A DNA stretch of 64,000 nucleotides, from contig JACTMO010000027.1 in NCBI GenBank assembly GCA_014584605.1, positions 11,690 through 75,689 of the forward strand, written 5' to 3'. The stretch's first letter is position 1; each line of letters opens with the position of its first letter. The DNA comes from Bacteroidota bacterium (GTDB lineage Bacteria > Bacteroidota > Bacteroidia > Flavobacteriales_F > PHOS-HE28). Both the position numbers and the translations under genes were made by a program. Positions 26,520 to 34,350 of this stretch are shown here, piece after piece. Below the pieces are notes generated by a model. That model was not told the DNA's origin. It made no database searches and was given only the letters and a program-made list of their open reading frames with translations.

Positions 26520-27547
26520 AGTCCGCCGTTCCCACCGTCCAGGCCGCGGCCTTGGTGCTCCTCTGCCTCACGGCATGCCGTCGCGATGTGCCCGAGGAGC
26601 CCGCATCCGGTGCCCATACCACGCCATTCATCCTCGACCTCCCGGCCAACTTCCCGGTCCCGATCATCCCCGCGTCCAACCCCCTGACGGAGGAAGGCAT
26701 CGCTCTTGGACGTCGGCTTTACTACGACACCCTCCTTTCCCGGAACGGGCCGTTCGAGGGCTTCGCCTGTGCCAGCTGCCACCACCAGGCCACATCCTTC
26801 ACCACACCAACCGCAGGAACGAACGTACTCGCCCATGTGAACCTCGCCTGGGGCACGAACTTCCTTTGGAACGGCAAGGTCTGTGGCACGCTGGAGGACG
26901 TGATGCGCTTTGAAGTGGAGGAGTTCTTCCAAGTGGACATGGCCGAACTGAACGCACATCCCGACTACCCGCAGCTCTTTCAAGAGGCCTTCGGCATCGA
27001 CAACATCACCAGCGACCACGTTGTGAAGGCCCTGGCCCAGTGGTTCAGGCGAATGGTCTCGAGCAACAGCCGGCTGGACCGGCATCTGCGTGGGGAGCTG
27101 CTCCTCACGCCCGAGGAAATGAACGGCGCCATGATCTTTCTCTCGGAGGTCGGCGATTGCTTCCACTGCCACCCCCTGCCTCTGATGACCGACAACGGCT
27201 TCCACAACATCGGCCTCGCTTCGACCTTCGGCGGCTTCGATGTGGGACGCTTTGCCATTACCGGAGCCCCGATGGACATGGGCGCGTTCAAGACCCCTAC
27301 CCTGCGCAACATCGCCCTGACAGCCCCTTACATGCACGATGGCCGCTTCCAGACCCTGGAAGAGCTGGTGGAGTTCTACAACAGCGGTGTCCAGCATTCG
27401 GCCAGCCTGGACCCCCTCATGACCAAGCCCGGCCCCAGCCTCACCCTGGGCCTCACCCCCCAGGATAAAGCGAACCTGGTGAGCTTCCTGCACACGCTCA
27501 CCGACGAGGCCTTCCTTACGGACCCGGCCCTGGGAAGCCCGTTCTGA
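26516..27547 (+). CDS. mbnH: Di-haem cytochrome c peroxidase / MauG-family protein (MbnH-like)
   Basis: Start MKSAVPTVQAAALVLLCLTAC (ATG at 26516 overlaps the mbnP stop, ATGA). Two haem motifs are present, CASCHH and CFHCH. CCP-family patterns FKTPTLRNIALTAPYMHDGRF are present. Confidence 0.85.
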   Translation: MKSAVPTVQAAALVLLCLTACRRDVPEEPASGAHTTPFILDLPANFPVPIIPASNPLTEEGIALGRRLYYDTLLSRNGPFEGFACASCHHQATSFTTPTAGTNVLAHVNLAWGTNFLWNGKVCGTLEDVMRFEVEEFFQVDMAELNAHPDYPQLFQEAFGIDNITSDHVVKALAQWFRRMVSSNSRLDRHLRGELLLTPEEMNGAMIFLSEVGDCFHCHPLPLMTDNGFHNIGLASTFGGFDVGRFAITGAPMDMGAFKTPTLRNIALTAPYMHDGRFQTLEELVEFYNSGVQHSASLDPLMTKPGPSLTLGLTPQDKANLVSFLHTLTDEAFLTDPALGSPF

Positions 27548-27694
27548 GCACACAGGTCCAGCACGCACGGATACGACCCGGCGATGCATCCTCCGCAGTG
27601 CAACAGGCGCCGCGCCCCCTCTGCACACCGCTCCTGGAGGCCGCTTCGGGCACTTCGTTCCCCGGACGACCGCGCCATCGATGCGCCGACCCTT

Positions 27695-27702
27695 TACTTT
27701 CG
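27695..27702 (+). promoter_or_regulatory. Possible -7 box TACTTTCG upstream of the Crp/Fnr gene
   Basis: One mismatch to TAnnTTTG. The same octamer occurs before the Rrf2 gene at 29927-29934. It lies 6 nt before the ATG at 27708 and inside the longer track ORF, which favours the 27708 start. Confidence 0.3.
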
Positions 27703-27707
27703 CCGCC

Positions 27708-28400
27708 ATGGGCAAGGACAGCGTCACGCTGCATCAGCGATTGGACGAGCTGATCCGGTTGTACTGCAGCCTGGAATGGCGCCGCCGCATGCGCGACCAC
27801 AACATCCAGGCGATCTACGCCAAGGGCGAGGCGATCTTCAGCAGCGGTGGGCAGGCCGACCGGATGTTCATGGTGGACCACGGCCGCGTGAAGGTGGTGG
27901 CCGACCTCGGCAACGGCCAGGGCCGCATCATCCGGCTGGCGGGTGATGGAGAGATGCTGGGGCATCGCGCGCTGGGGCGCAAACCCACCTACACGGCCAG
28001 CGCCATCGCCCTGGTGCCCACCCGTGTGAACGCGATACCGATGTCGCTCTTCCTCAGGGCCCTCCAGGAGAACCCGCGGTTCTGCTTCCAATTCCTGCTG
28101 GAGTTCGCTGCGGAGATGCGGCAGCTGGACCGGCATCTGCGCGACCTGCGGACCATGGACGTGACGCAACGCGTGATCCGGACGCTGCTGGAGTGTCGGG
28201 ACACCTTCGGCATGGACATCGCGGACAGCCGACGCCTGGCCTTCACGCTGCCGCGCCGGGACATCGCCAGCATGGCGGACACCACCTATGAATCCGTGGT
28301 GCGGTGCCTGTCCGGCCTCCAGCAGGAGGGGCTCATCCAACTGGTGGGCAAATCGGTGCGGCTGCTGCGGCCCAAGGCCCTGGAGGCACGCCTGCGCTGA
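27708..28400 (+). CDS. Crp/Fnr-family transcriptional regulator (no FNR-type N-terminal Cys cluster)
   Basis: cNMP-binding-like beta-roll (IFSSGGQADRMFMVDHGRVKV, RLAGDGEMLGHRAL). C-terminal HTH with the recognition helix YESVVRCLSG (E..R pattern of FNR-family TTGAT readers). Confidence 0.85.
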   Translation: MGKDSVTLHQRLDELIRLYCSLEWRRRMRDHNIQAIYAKGEAIFSSGGQADRMFMVDHGRVKVVADLGNGQGRIIRLAGDGEMLGHRALGRKPTYTASAIALVPTRVNAIPMSLFLRALQENPRFCFQFLLEFAAEMRQLDRHLRDLRTMDVTQRVIRTLLECRDTFGMDIADSRRLAFTLPRRDIASMADTTYESVVRCLSGLQQEGLIQLVGKSVRLLRPKALEARLR

Positions 28401-28433
28401 TCCCGTGTCCGCGCCGGCAGCCCGGGCGGCAGA

Positions 28434-29807
28434 TCACAGCGGCGCGAAATGGGCCGTGAAGTGCCGCAGGAACCGCGGCTCCCTGGTGATGCGGAAACCC
28501 TTCGCCTGCTTGCGCACCCGCATCACCTCCTCGAAGGTCTCGACCACGTACTCCATGTGGCTCTGGGTATAGACCCGGCGGGGTATGGCCAGCCGCACCA
28601 GCTCCATGGCCGATGGCTTCAACGTGCCATCGGGTCGGTAGGTGCCGAACATCACCGAACCGATCTCCACGCTGCGGATGCCGGCCAGCCGGTACAGCTC
28701 GCACACCAGGGCCTGGCCGGGGTATTCGTGCGGCGGGATGTGCGGGTACAGCGCCTTGGCATCGATGTACACGGCGTGACCGCCGATCGGCCGCATGAGC
28801 GGAACGCCCAGCTCGTGCAGCTTGCGGCCCACGAAGGTGGTGCTCTTGATGCGGTAGTCCAGGTAGTGCGGGTCGAACACCTCCTGTAGGCCGATGGCGA
28901 TGGCCTCCATGTCGCGTCCGCTCAGACCGCCGTACGTGGTAAAGCCCTCGGTGATGATGAGCAGGTTGATGCAGGCCTCGGCCAACCCGGCATCGCGCAA
29001 GGCCAGGAAGCCGCCCATGTTCACGAGCGCGTCCTTCTTGGCGCTCATGACGGCACCGTCCGCCAGGGCGAACATGCGCTGGGCGATCTGCCGGTAGGTC
29101 GCCCCCTCCATGCCCTCCTCACGCTCCTTGATGAACCAGCTGTTCTCGGCGATGCGGCAGCAATCCAGCAGGAAGAGCACCCCATGAGCCTTGCAGGTGC
29201 GGGCCACCGCCTCGGCATTGGCCAGGCTCACCGGCTGACCGCCCCCACTGTTGTTGGTGACGGTGAGGATCACCGCGCCGACCTTCCCCTTGTGCTCCTT
29301 GAGGAGGGCCTCCAGCGCGACAATGTCCATGTTGCCCTTGAAAGGGTGCTCCAGCCCGGGATCACGCCCTTCGGCGATGGGGATGTCGATGGCGGTGGCC
29401 CCGGTGAACTCGATGTTGGCCCGCGTGGTATCGAAGTGCGTGTTGCTGATGAACACCTTGCCCGGACCGCCCAGGTGCCCGTAAAGGATGCGCTCGCCGG
29501 CGCGGCCCTGGTGGGTGGGCAGCACGTGCGCCATGCCGGTGAGGTCCTGCACTTCCGCCTGCATGCGCTCCCAGCTGCGCGATCCGGCATAGGCCTCGTC
29601 GCCTTCCATCAGGCCGGCCCACTGATGCGCGCTCATCGCGCTGGTGCCGCTGTCGGTCATCAGGTCGATGATCACGTCGCGGGACCGGAGCAGGAAGGGG
29701 TTGTAATGGGCCTCCTGCAGGTATTCGCAGCGCTCGGCCTCGGTGCTCAGGCCGATCGGCTCCACGCTCTTGATGCGGAAGGGTTCGATGATGGTGTGGT
29801 GCTTCAT
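28434..29807 (-). CDS. tnaA: Tryptophanase (beta-eliminating lyase, TnaA-type)
   Basis: Real start is MKHHTIIEPFRIKSVEP (29807). PLP-lysine context [13 protein letters not shown]. TnaA-like SNTHFDTTRAN, ELYRLAGIRSVEIGS and FLRHFTAHF. Confidence 0.8.
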   Translation of the reverse strand: MKHHTIIEPFRIKSVEPIGLSTEAERCEYLQEAHYNPFLLRSRDVIIDLMTDSGTSAMSAHQWAGLMEGDEAYAGSRSWERMQAEVQDLTGMAHVLPTHQGRAGERILYGHLGGPGKVFISNTHFDTTRANIEFTGATAIDIPIAEGRDPGLEHPFKGNMDIVALEALLKEHKGKVGAVILTVTNNSGGGQPVSLANAEAVARTCKAHGVLFLLDCCRIAENSWFIKEREEGMEGATYRQIAQRMFALADGAVMSAKKDALVNMGGFLALRDAGLAEACINLLIITEGFTTYGGLSGRDMEAIAIGLQEVFDPHYLDYRIKSTTFVGRKLHELGVPLMRPIGGHAVYIDAKALYPHIPPHEYPGQALVCELYRLAGIRSVEIGSVMFGTYRPDGTLKPSAMELVRLAIPRRVYTQSHMEYVVETFEEVMRVRKQAKGFRITREPRFLRHFTAHFAPL

Positions 29808-29951
29808 GGGGGGATCGGGCGGACCCCGACGCCATGCGCCGGGGCTGCAAAGCTGCCCGTTGACCAGCGCACCGTTCCTGACGGAGGTCACCTGGTGCCC
29901 GCATGCGCGAACGGGCCGCACCACCGTACTTTCGCCCGCCGAACGCGGACC

Positions 29952-30386
29952 ATGTTCTCCAAAGCGTGCGAATACGGCATCCGGGCGGCGATGTGCCTCG
30001 CTTCCTCCGGCCGCACGAACTGCCGCTTGAGCATCCGGGAGGTGGCCGAGCGGACGGGTTCGCCGGAGGCCTTCACCGCCAAGGTGCTGCGCAAGCTGGT
30101 GGAGGGCGGCATGGTCGTGTCGCAACGCGGCCCGCACGGCGGCTTCCTCATCACTCCGGAGCAGGCCCGCAGGATCCGCATCAGCCGCATCGTGGACCTG
30201 ATCGACGGCGACTCGGTGTACAAGGGCTGTGGCCTTGGCCTGGACCGCTGCGACGCCCGCAGGCCCTGCCCGCTGCACGACCAGTTCGCCCGGGTGCGGG
30301 CCGACCTGCGCCGCATGCTGGAAGGCACCACCCTGCACGACGTGGTGGACGGGGTCCCCCTGGACCGCATCATCCTCAAGCGCTGA
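29952..30386 (+). CDS. Rrf2-family transcriptional regulator, NsrR/IscR-like with Fe-S ligand cysteines
   Basis: Start MFSKACEYGIRAAM. wHTH LSIREVAERTGSPEAFTAKVLRKLVEGGMVVSQRGPHGGF. Cys triad GCGLGLDRCDARRPCPLH. The gene sits directly upstream of a truncated haemoglobin/RIC cluster. Confidence 0.85.
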   Translation: MFSKACEYGIRAAMCLASSGRTNCRLSIREVAERTGSPEAFTAKVLRKLVEGGMVVSQRGPHGGFLITPEQARRIRISRIVDLIDGDSVYKGCGLGLDRCDARRPCPLHDQFARVRADLRRMLEGTTLHDVVDGVPLDRIILKR

Positions 30387-30460
30387 GCCCCGACCGACGG
30401 ACAGGGACCGTGTGCATGCGGACCCACGTTATGGGCCTTATCATCCACTTGATCGAATAA

Positions 30461-30483
30461 TAGATACTTTTGTCCAGTATTTA
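30461..30483 (+). promoter_or_regulatory. AT-rich 23-bp imperfect dyad TAGATACT-TTTGTCC-AGTATTTA overlapping a TACTTTTG -7 box; candidate Rrf2/NsrR operator
   Basis: The 8-bp arms are complementary at 7 of 8 positions. The left arm resembles the enterobacterial NsrR half-site AAGATGCATTT. It lies in an AT-rich island of about 50 bp, between the Rrf2 gene and the truncated haemoglobin gene. Confidence 0.4.
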
Positions 30484-30545
30484 GGACCCGCCCCACGGTC
30501 CCACCGATGCTTGGAGGACTTCTCCCTCACCGAACAATAGCCTGC

Positions 30546-30659
30546 ATGGTCGGCATGACCAAGGACCTCCCGTCGCTGGTACGGGCCCTGAACATCGCAT
30601 TCCCGGGTCTCATCCTGTTCCATGCCAACCCGGACCGGCAGCTTTCCGATCACGCATGA
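30546..30659 (+). CDS. Candidate 37-codon upstream ORF coupled to the truncated haemoglobin gene (speculative)
   Basis: ATG at 30546 gives MVGMTKDLPSLVRALNIAFPGLILFHANPDRQLSDHA. Its TGA (30657-30659) overlaps the haemoglobin ATG (30656) as ATGA. Third-codon positions are mostly G/C, as in real genes here. It is too short to appear in the ORF track. Confidence 0.2.
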   Translation: MVGMTKDLPSLVRALNIAFPGLILFHANPDRQLSDHA

Positions 30660-31057
30660 GCACGCCCTCCCGCACCGACATCCACGACCGTCGGCACATT
30701 GAACAGCTGGTGAACAGCTTCTACGGGGAGGTGCGGCAGGACGCGCTCCTGGGGCCCATCTTCAACGGGGTGATCGGCGACCGGTGGCCGGAGCACCTGG
30801 AGAAGATGTACCGTTTCTGGGCCACGGTGCTCATCAACGAAAGCTCCTACACGGGCACCCCGCTGCGCCCCCACCTCCCCCTGCCCATCGGTGGAACGCA
30901 TTTCGAGCGCTGGCTCCACCTCTTCCACCAAACCGTGGACCGGCATTTCGAGGGCCCCGTGGCCGAACTGGCCAAGCGGAACGCCGCGCGCATGGCCACC
31001 ATGTTCCAGGAGCGGATCACGCTCCACCGCACGCACCCCCAAAACTTCATCCAATGA
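30656..31057 (+). CDS. Group III truncated haemoglobin
   Basis: 133 aa. Pattern IEQLVNSFYGEVRQDALLGPIFN...WPEHLEKMYRFWATVL...H...FERWLHLF is typical of group III (Ctb-like) truncated haemoglobins. Confidence 0.8.
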   Translation: MSTPSRTDIHDRRHIEQLVNSFYGEVRQDALLGPIFNGVIGDRWPEHLEKMYRFWATVLINESSYTGTPLRPHLPLPIGGTHFERWLHLFHQTVDRHFEGPVAELAKRNAARMATMFQERITLHRTHPQNFIQ

Positions 31058-31938
31058 GCACCGCAAGAACGACCATGCCTTCCGCCGCAACGGACCGCAG
31101 GAACCCCGGGCACACCCCGCCGGACGAAGAGCAGCACGGCAGCTATGCACCGGGCCACGACGGCACGGACGCCGACCTGGCCAGGGCTCCCGGCCACTGG
31201 GTGCTGGCCCGCATGGGCAAGCGCGTGCTCCGGCCCGGCGGGCTGGACCTCACCCGCCGGATGCTCGGTGCCCTGGACATCGGCGTGGAGCAGCATGTGG
31301 TGGAGTTCGCCCCCGGGCTGGGCGGCACGGCCGCACTGGCCCTGGCCCGCAACCCGCGCTCCTATACGGGCATCGATCGCGACAGGTCCGTGGTGGACCG
31401 TTTGCAGGCCACCATGGGCGGCCCCGGACGCCGCTTCCAGGAAGGCCAGGCCGCCCGAACCGGCCTGCCCGAAGCGACGGCCGACCGGGTGTACGGGGAG
31501 GCGATGCTCACCATGCACGCCGACCATCGGAAGCAGGAGATCATCCGCGAGGCCTACCGCATCCTCCGGCCCGGCGGCCTTTACGGCATCCACGAACTGG
31601 GCCTGCAGCCCGACAGCCTGCCTGCCGCCCACAAGGCCGCCGTGCAGCGCGACCTGGCCACCGCCATCCGCGTGAACGCACGGCCCCTCACCGCCCAGGA
31701 ATGGCAGGGCCTGCTGGAAGCCGAGGGCTTCAAGGTGCTGTGGGTGGAACAAAGCCCCATGCGCCTGCTGGAACCGGGCCGGATTATCGCCGATGAAAGC
31801 CTTGTTGGCGCGCTGCGCATCACCTGGAACATCCTGCGCAACCCCGTGGCACGACAGCGGGTGCAGGACATGCGCCGCGTGTTCCAGCGCCATCGTGCCC
31901 ACATGAACGCCATCGCCATCGTGGCCGCACGCCCCTGA
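31054..31938 (+). CDS. Class I SAM-dependent methyltransferase
   Basis: Start MSTARTT (ATG at 31054 overlaps the haemoglobin stop, ATGA). Motif I VVEFAPGLGGTA, plus YRILRPGGLYGIHE. Confidence 0.75.
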   Translation: MSTARTTMPSAATDRRNPGHTPPDEEQHGSYAPGHDGTDADLARAPGHWVLARMGKRVLRPGGLDLTRRMLGALDIGVEQHVVEFAPGLGGTAALALARNPRSYTGIDRDRSVVDRLQATMGGPGRRFQEGQAARTGLPEATADRVYGEAMLTMHADHRKQEIIREAYRILRPGGLYGIHELGLQPDSLPAAHKAAVQRDLATAIRVNARPLTAQEWQGLLEAEGFKVLWVEQSPMRLLEPGRIIADESLVGALRITWNILRNPVARQRVQDMRRVFQRHRAHMNAIAIVAARP

Positions 31939-32004
31939 CCCCGCCGGCCCCCGCAAGCCCGATCAGGAGCGGCAGTGGAACAGGCTGACGTCCATCATGT
32001 ATTT

Positions 32005-32028
32005 ATGGATGTTTTTGTCCGTTTCTTT
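32005..32028 (+). promoter_or_regulatory. AT-rich motif ATGGATGTTTTTGTCCGTTTCTTT upstream of ric, related to the 30461 site
   Basis: It shares GAT-N2-TTTTGTCC with the 30461-30483 site and ends 15 nt before the ric ATG (32044). It could be a -7 box, an operator, or both. Confidence 0.3.
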
Positions 32029-32043
32029 GCCCAACAACAGACC

Positions 32044-32790
32044 ATGACCATGTCGATCCCCTTCAGCCCCGAACGCACCATCGGCTCCATCGTTGCCGAC
32101 GACTACCGCAGTGCCGCCGTTTTCCAGTCCCACGGCATCGACTTCTGCTGCAAGGGCGGAAGGACCATCGCCGAGGTGTGCGGTGCCAAGGGCCTCGACC
32201 CGGGCAAACTGGAGGCTGAGATCCGTCAGGCGGTCGAACGCGATGGCGGTGCGAGCGACGACGTGAAGGAGTGGCCGCTGTCCCGCTTGATCGAGCACAT
32301 CGAGCGGGTCCACCATCGGTACATCGACGCGCGCTCGGTCACCCTGTTGCAGTTCCTGGAGAAGCTCTGCCGCGTGCATGGCGGGCGCCATCCCGAGCTG
32401 TTCCAGATCCACGAGGAGTTCCATGCCTGTGCGGGCGCCATGGCCATGCACATGAAGAAGGAGGAGCTGATCCTGTTCCCCTTCATCAACCAGCTGGAGA
32501 AGGCCAAGTTGCACGGTGGAGAGGTCCCCACGCCGGGTTTCGGCACGGTGGCCAACCCCATCGCCATGATGGAGGACGACCACGACGCGGAGGGTGAGCG
32601 CTTCCGTCGCATCGCCGAGCTGAGCAACGGGTACACCACCCCACCCGACGGTTGCACCACCTACGCCACGGCCTACGCCATGCTGCGCGAGTTCGAGGAG
32701 GACCTGCACCGCCACATCCATCTGGAGAACAACATCCTGTTCCCGCGGGCCAAGGCCCTGGAGGAGGAGTTGCGCCATGCCACCGCTTGA
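32044..32790 (+). CDS. ric: Iron-sulfur cluster repair di-iron protein (RIC; YtfE/ScdA family)
   Basis: ScdA_N motif GIDFCCKGGRT. Hemerythrin-like di-iron ligands are present (HHRYID, HMKKEELILFP, EDDHD, HIHLENNILFP). Confidence 0.9.
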   Translation: MTMSIPFSPERTIGSIVADDYRSAAVFQSHGIDFCCKGGRTIAEVCGAKGLDPGKLEAEIRQAVERDGGASDDVKEWPLSRLIEHIERVHHRYIDARSVTLLQFLEKLCRVHGGRHPELFQIHEEFHACAGAMAMHMKKEELILFPFINQLEKAKLHGGEVPTPGFGTVANPIAMMEDDHDAEGERFRRIAELSNGYTTPPDGCTTYATAYAMLREFEEDLHRHIHLENNILFPRAKALEEELRHATA

Positions 32791-33205
32791 GCGGCATGCG
32801 CTGTTGCGGTCGGTGAGCCACGAGCACCACGAGGCGCTGGTGTTCTGCTGGCGGTTGCGCAAGGCCCTGGAGCACGGCGCAGACCCTACGGAGCAGATGG
32901 GTCCGGCCGTTGACTTCTACCACCGTCGGCTCCTGCCCCACTTCGCGATCGAGGAGGAAGTGGTGTTCCCGGTCCTGGGTGCGTTGGACCCCCAGGTGAA
33001 GCGGGCCATCGCCGAGCACCGCAGGCTCACGCGGCTCTTCCTTTCCAAGGGCGACCCGCTCAGCACCCTATCCCGCATCGAGGACGAGCTGCAGGCCCAT
33101 GTACGCTTCGAGGAGCGGTTGCTCTTCCCACGCATCCAGGCCGTGGCCACCGAGCAGCAGCTGGAGCGCATCGACCGGATGCACGGTCTGCTCACCGGCG
33201 TCTGA
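32777..33205 (+). CDS. Hemerythrin-domain protein
   Basis: HEHHE, HFAIEEEVVFP and HVRFEERLLFP cation-binding motifs. It overlaps the ric 3' end by 14 nt. Confidence 0.8.
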   Translation: MPPLERHALLRSVSHEHHEALVFCWRLRKALEHGADPTEQMGPAVDFYHRRLLPHFAIEEEVVFPVLGALDPQVKRAIAEHRRLTRLFLSKGDPLSTLSRIEDELQAHVRFEERLLFPRIQAVATEQQLERIDRMHGLLTGV

Positions 33206-33234
33206 GCCCCGGCGAGGCCGCTACCTTTACGGCC

Positions 33235-34350
33235 ATGGGCGCAGCAGGAACGCCATGGGTGGTGGTTGACGGCCCGGACGAGCGGTTGCGCGAGCGCATC
33301 AAGGAGCTGGGCTGCCTGTATGCCGTGGCGCGCATCGCGCAAAGCCATGAGGCCGACCTGGAGGCCACCCTGCAGGCCGTGCTGAACGCCATCCCCCAAG
33401 GTTGGAAGCGGCCGGAGCACCTGTGGGTGGCCCTGGAGCTGGACGGTCGGCACCTGCGTGCCGAAGGCCCCGAGGGTCCCCGGCTCCCGCAGACCGTGCG
33501 CGTGGATGGTGAGCCGCGAGGCACCCTGACCGTGGGCTATCCCGCACACGAGGCCCCGGGCCCCGGCACGGGCTTCCTGGCCGAAGAGGCCCAGTTGCTG
33601 GAGCGCCTGGCCGCCGAGGTGTCCGTGATCCTGGAACGCCAGGAACGGCGGGAGCGGCAGCGCTTGTTCGAGGCGCGCATGCTGCAGCAGGACCGCCTGA
33701 GCGTGCTCGGGGAGCTCACCGCCGGCATCGCCCACGAGCTCAACACGCCCCTGGGCAACGTGCTGGGTTATGCCGAGCTGTTGATGGCCGAGGAGCGTGA
33801 CCCGGCCCGGCGGGAGGACCTTCAGCGCATCATCGACTCGGCCCTCACCGGCCGCGAGGTGGTGAAACGCCTGATGTACTTCAGCTGCGAGATGCCCAGC
33901 CAGTTCAGTGAACAGGGGTTGAACGAGGCGGTGGAAGGTGTGCTGCGCCTGCTGCGCCGGCAGGTGGAGGACGCCCGGCTCGACCTGTGTACGGACCTCG
34001 CCCCGTCCCTGCCGCCGGTGCGGCTGGACCGCGTGCAGTTCGAGCAGGTGCTCACCAACCTGGTGCTGAACGCCGTGGCCGCCACGCCTGCCGGGGGGCG
34101 GTTGCGCATTGCCACCGACCTGCACGAAGGTCGCGTGCGGATGCGCGTGGAGGACTCCGGGCATGGCATCGCGCCGGAGCACCTCAAGAAGATCTTCCAA
34201 CCCTTCTTCACCACCAAACCGCCGGGGGTCGGCACCGGTCTGGGCCTGTCCGTGGTGCATGGCATCGTCAAGGGCCACGGCGGCGGGATCGCGGTCGAGA
34301 GCGCCCCCGGAGCGGGCACCTGCTTCACCATCACCCTGCCACCGGCATGA
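33235..34350 (+). CDS. Soluble sensor histidine kinase (no TM segments)
   Basis: H-box LTAGIAHELNTPL, N-box LTNLVLNAV, G-boxes EDSGHGI and GTGLGLSVV. The N-terminal sensor region of about 140 aa starts with ELGCLYAVARI. A -7-like TACCTTTA lies at 33222-33229. Confidence 0.85.
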   Translation: MGAAGTPWVVVDGPDERLRERIKELGCLYAVARIAQSHEADLEATLQAVLNAIPQGWKRPEHLWVALELDGRHLRAEGPEGPRLPQTVRVDGEPRGTLTVGYPAHEAPGPGTGFLAEEAQLLERLAAEVSVILERQERRERQRLFEARMLQQDRLSVLGELTAGIAHELNTPLGNVLGYAELLMAEERDPARREDLQRIIDSALTGREVVKRLMYFSCEMPSQFSEQGLNEAVEGVLRLLRRQVEDARLDLCTDLAPSLPPVRLDRVQFEQVLTNLVLNAVAATPAGGRLRIATDLHEGRVRMRVEDSGHGIAPEHLKKIFQPFFTTKPPGVGTGLGLSVVHGIVKGHGGGIAVESAPGAGTCFTITLPPA

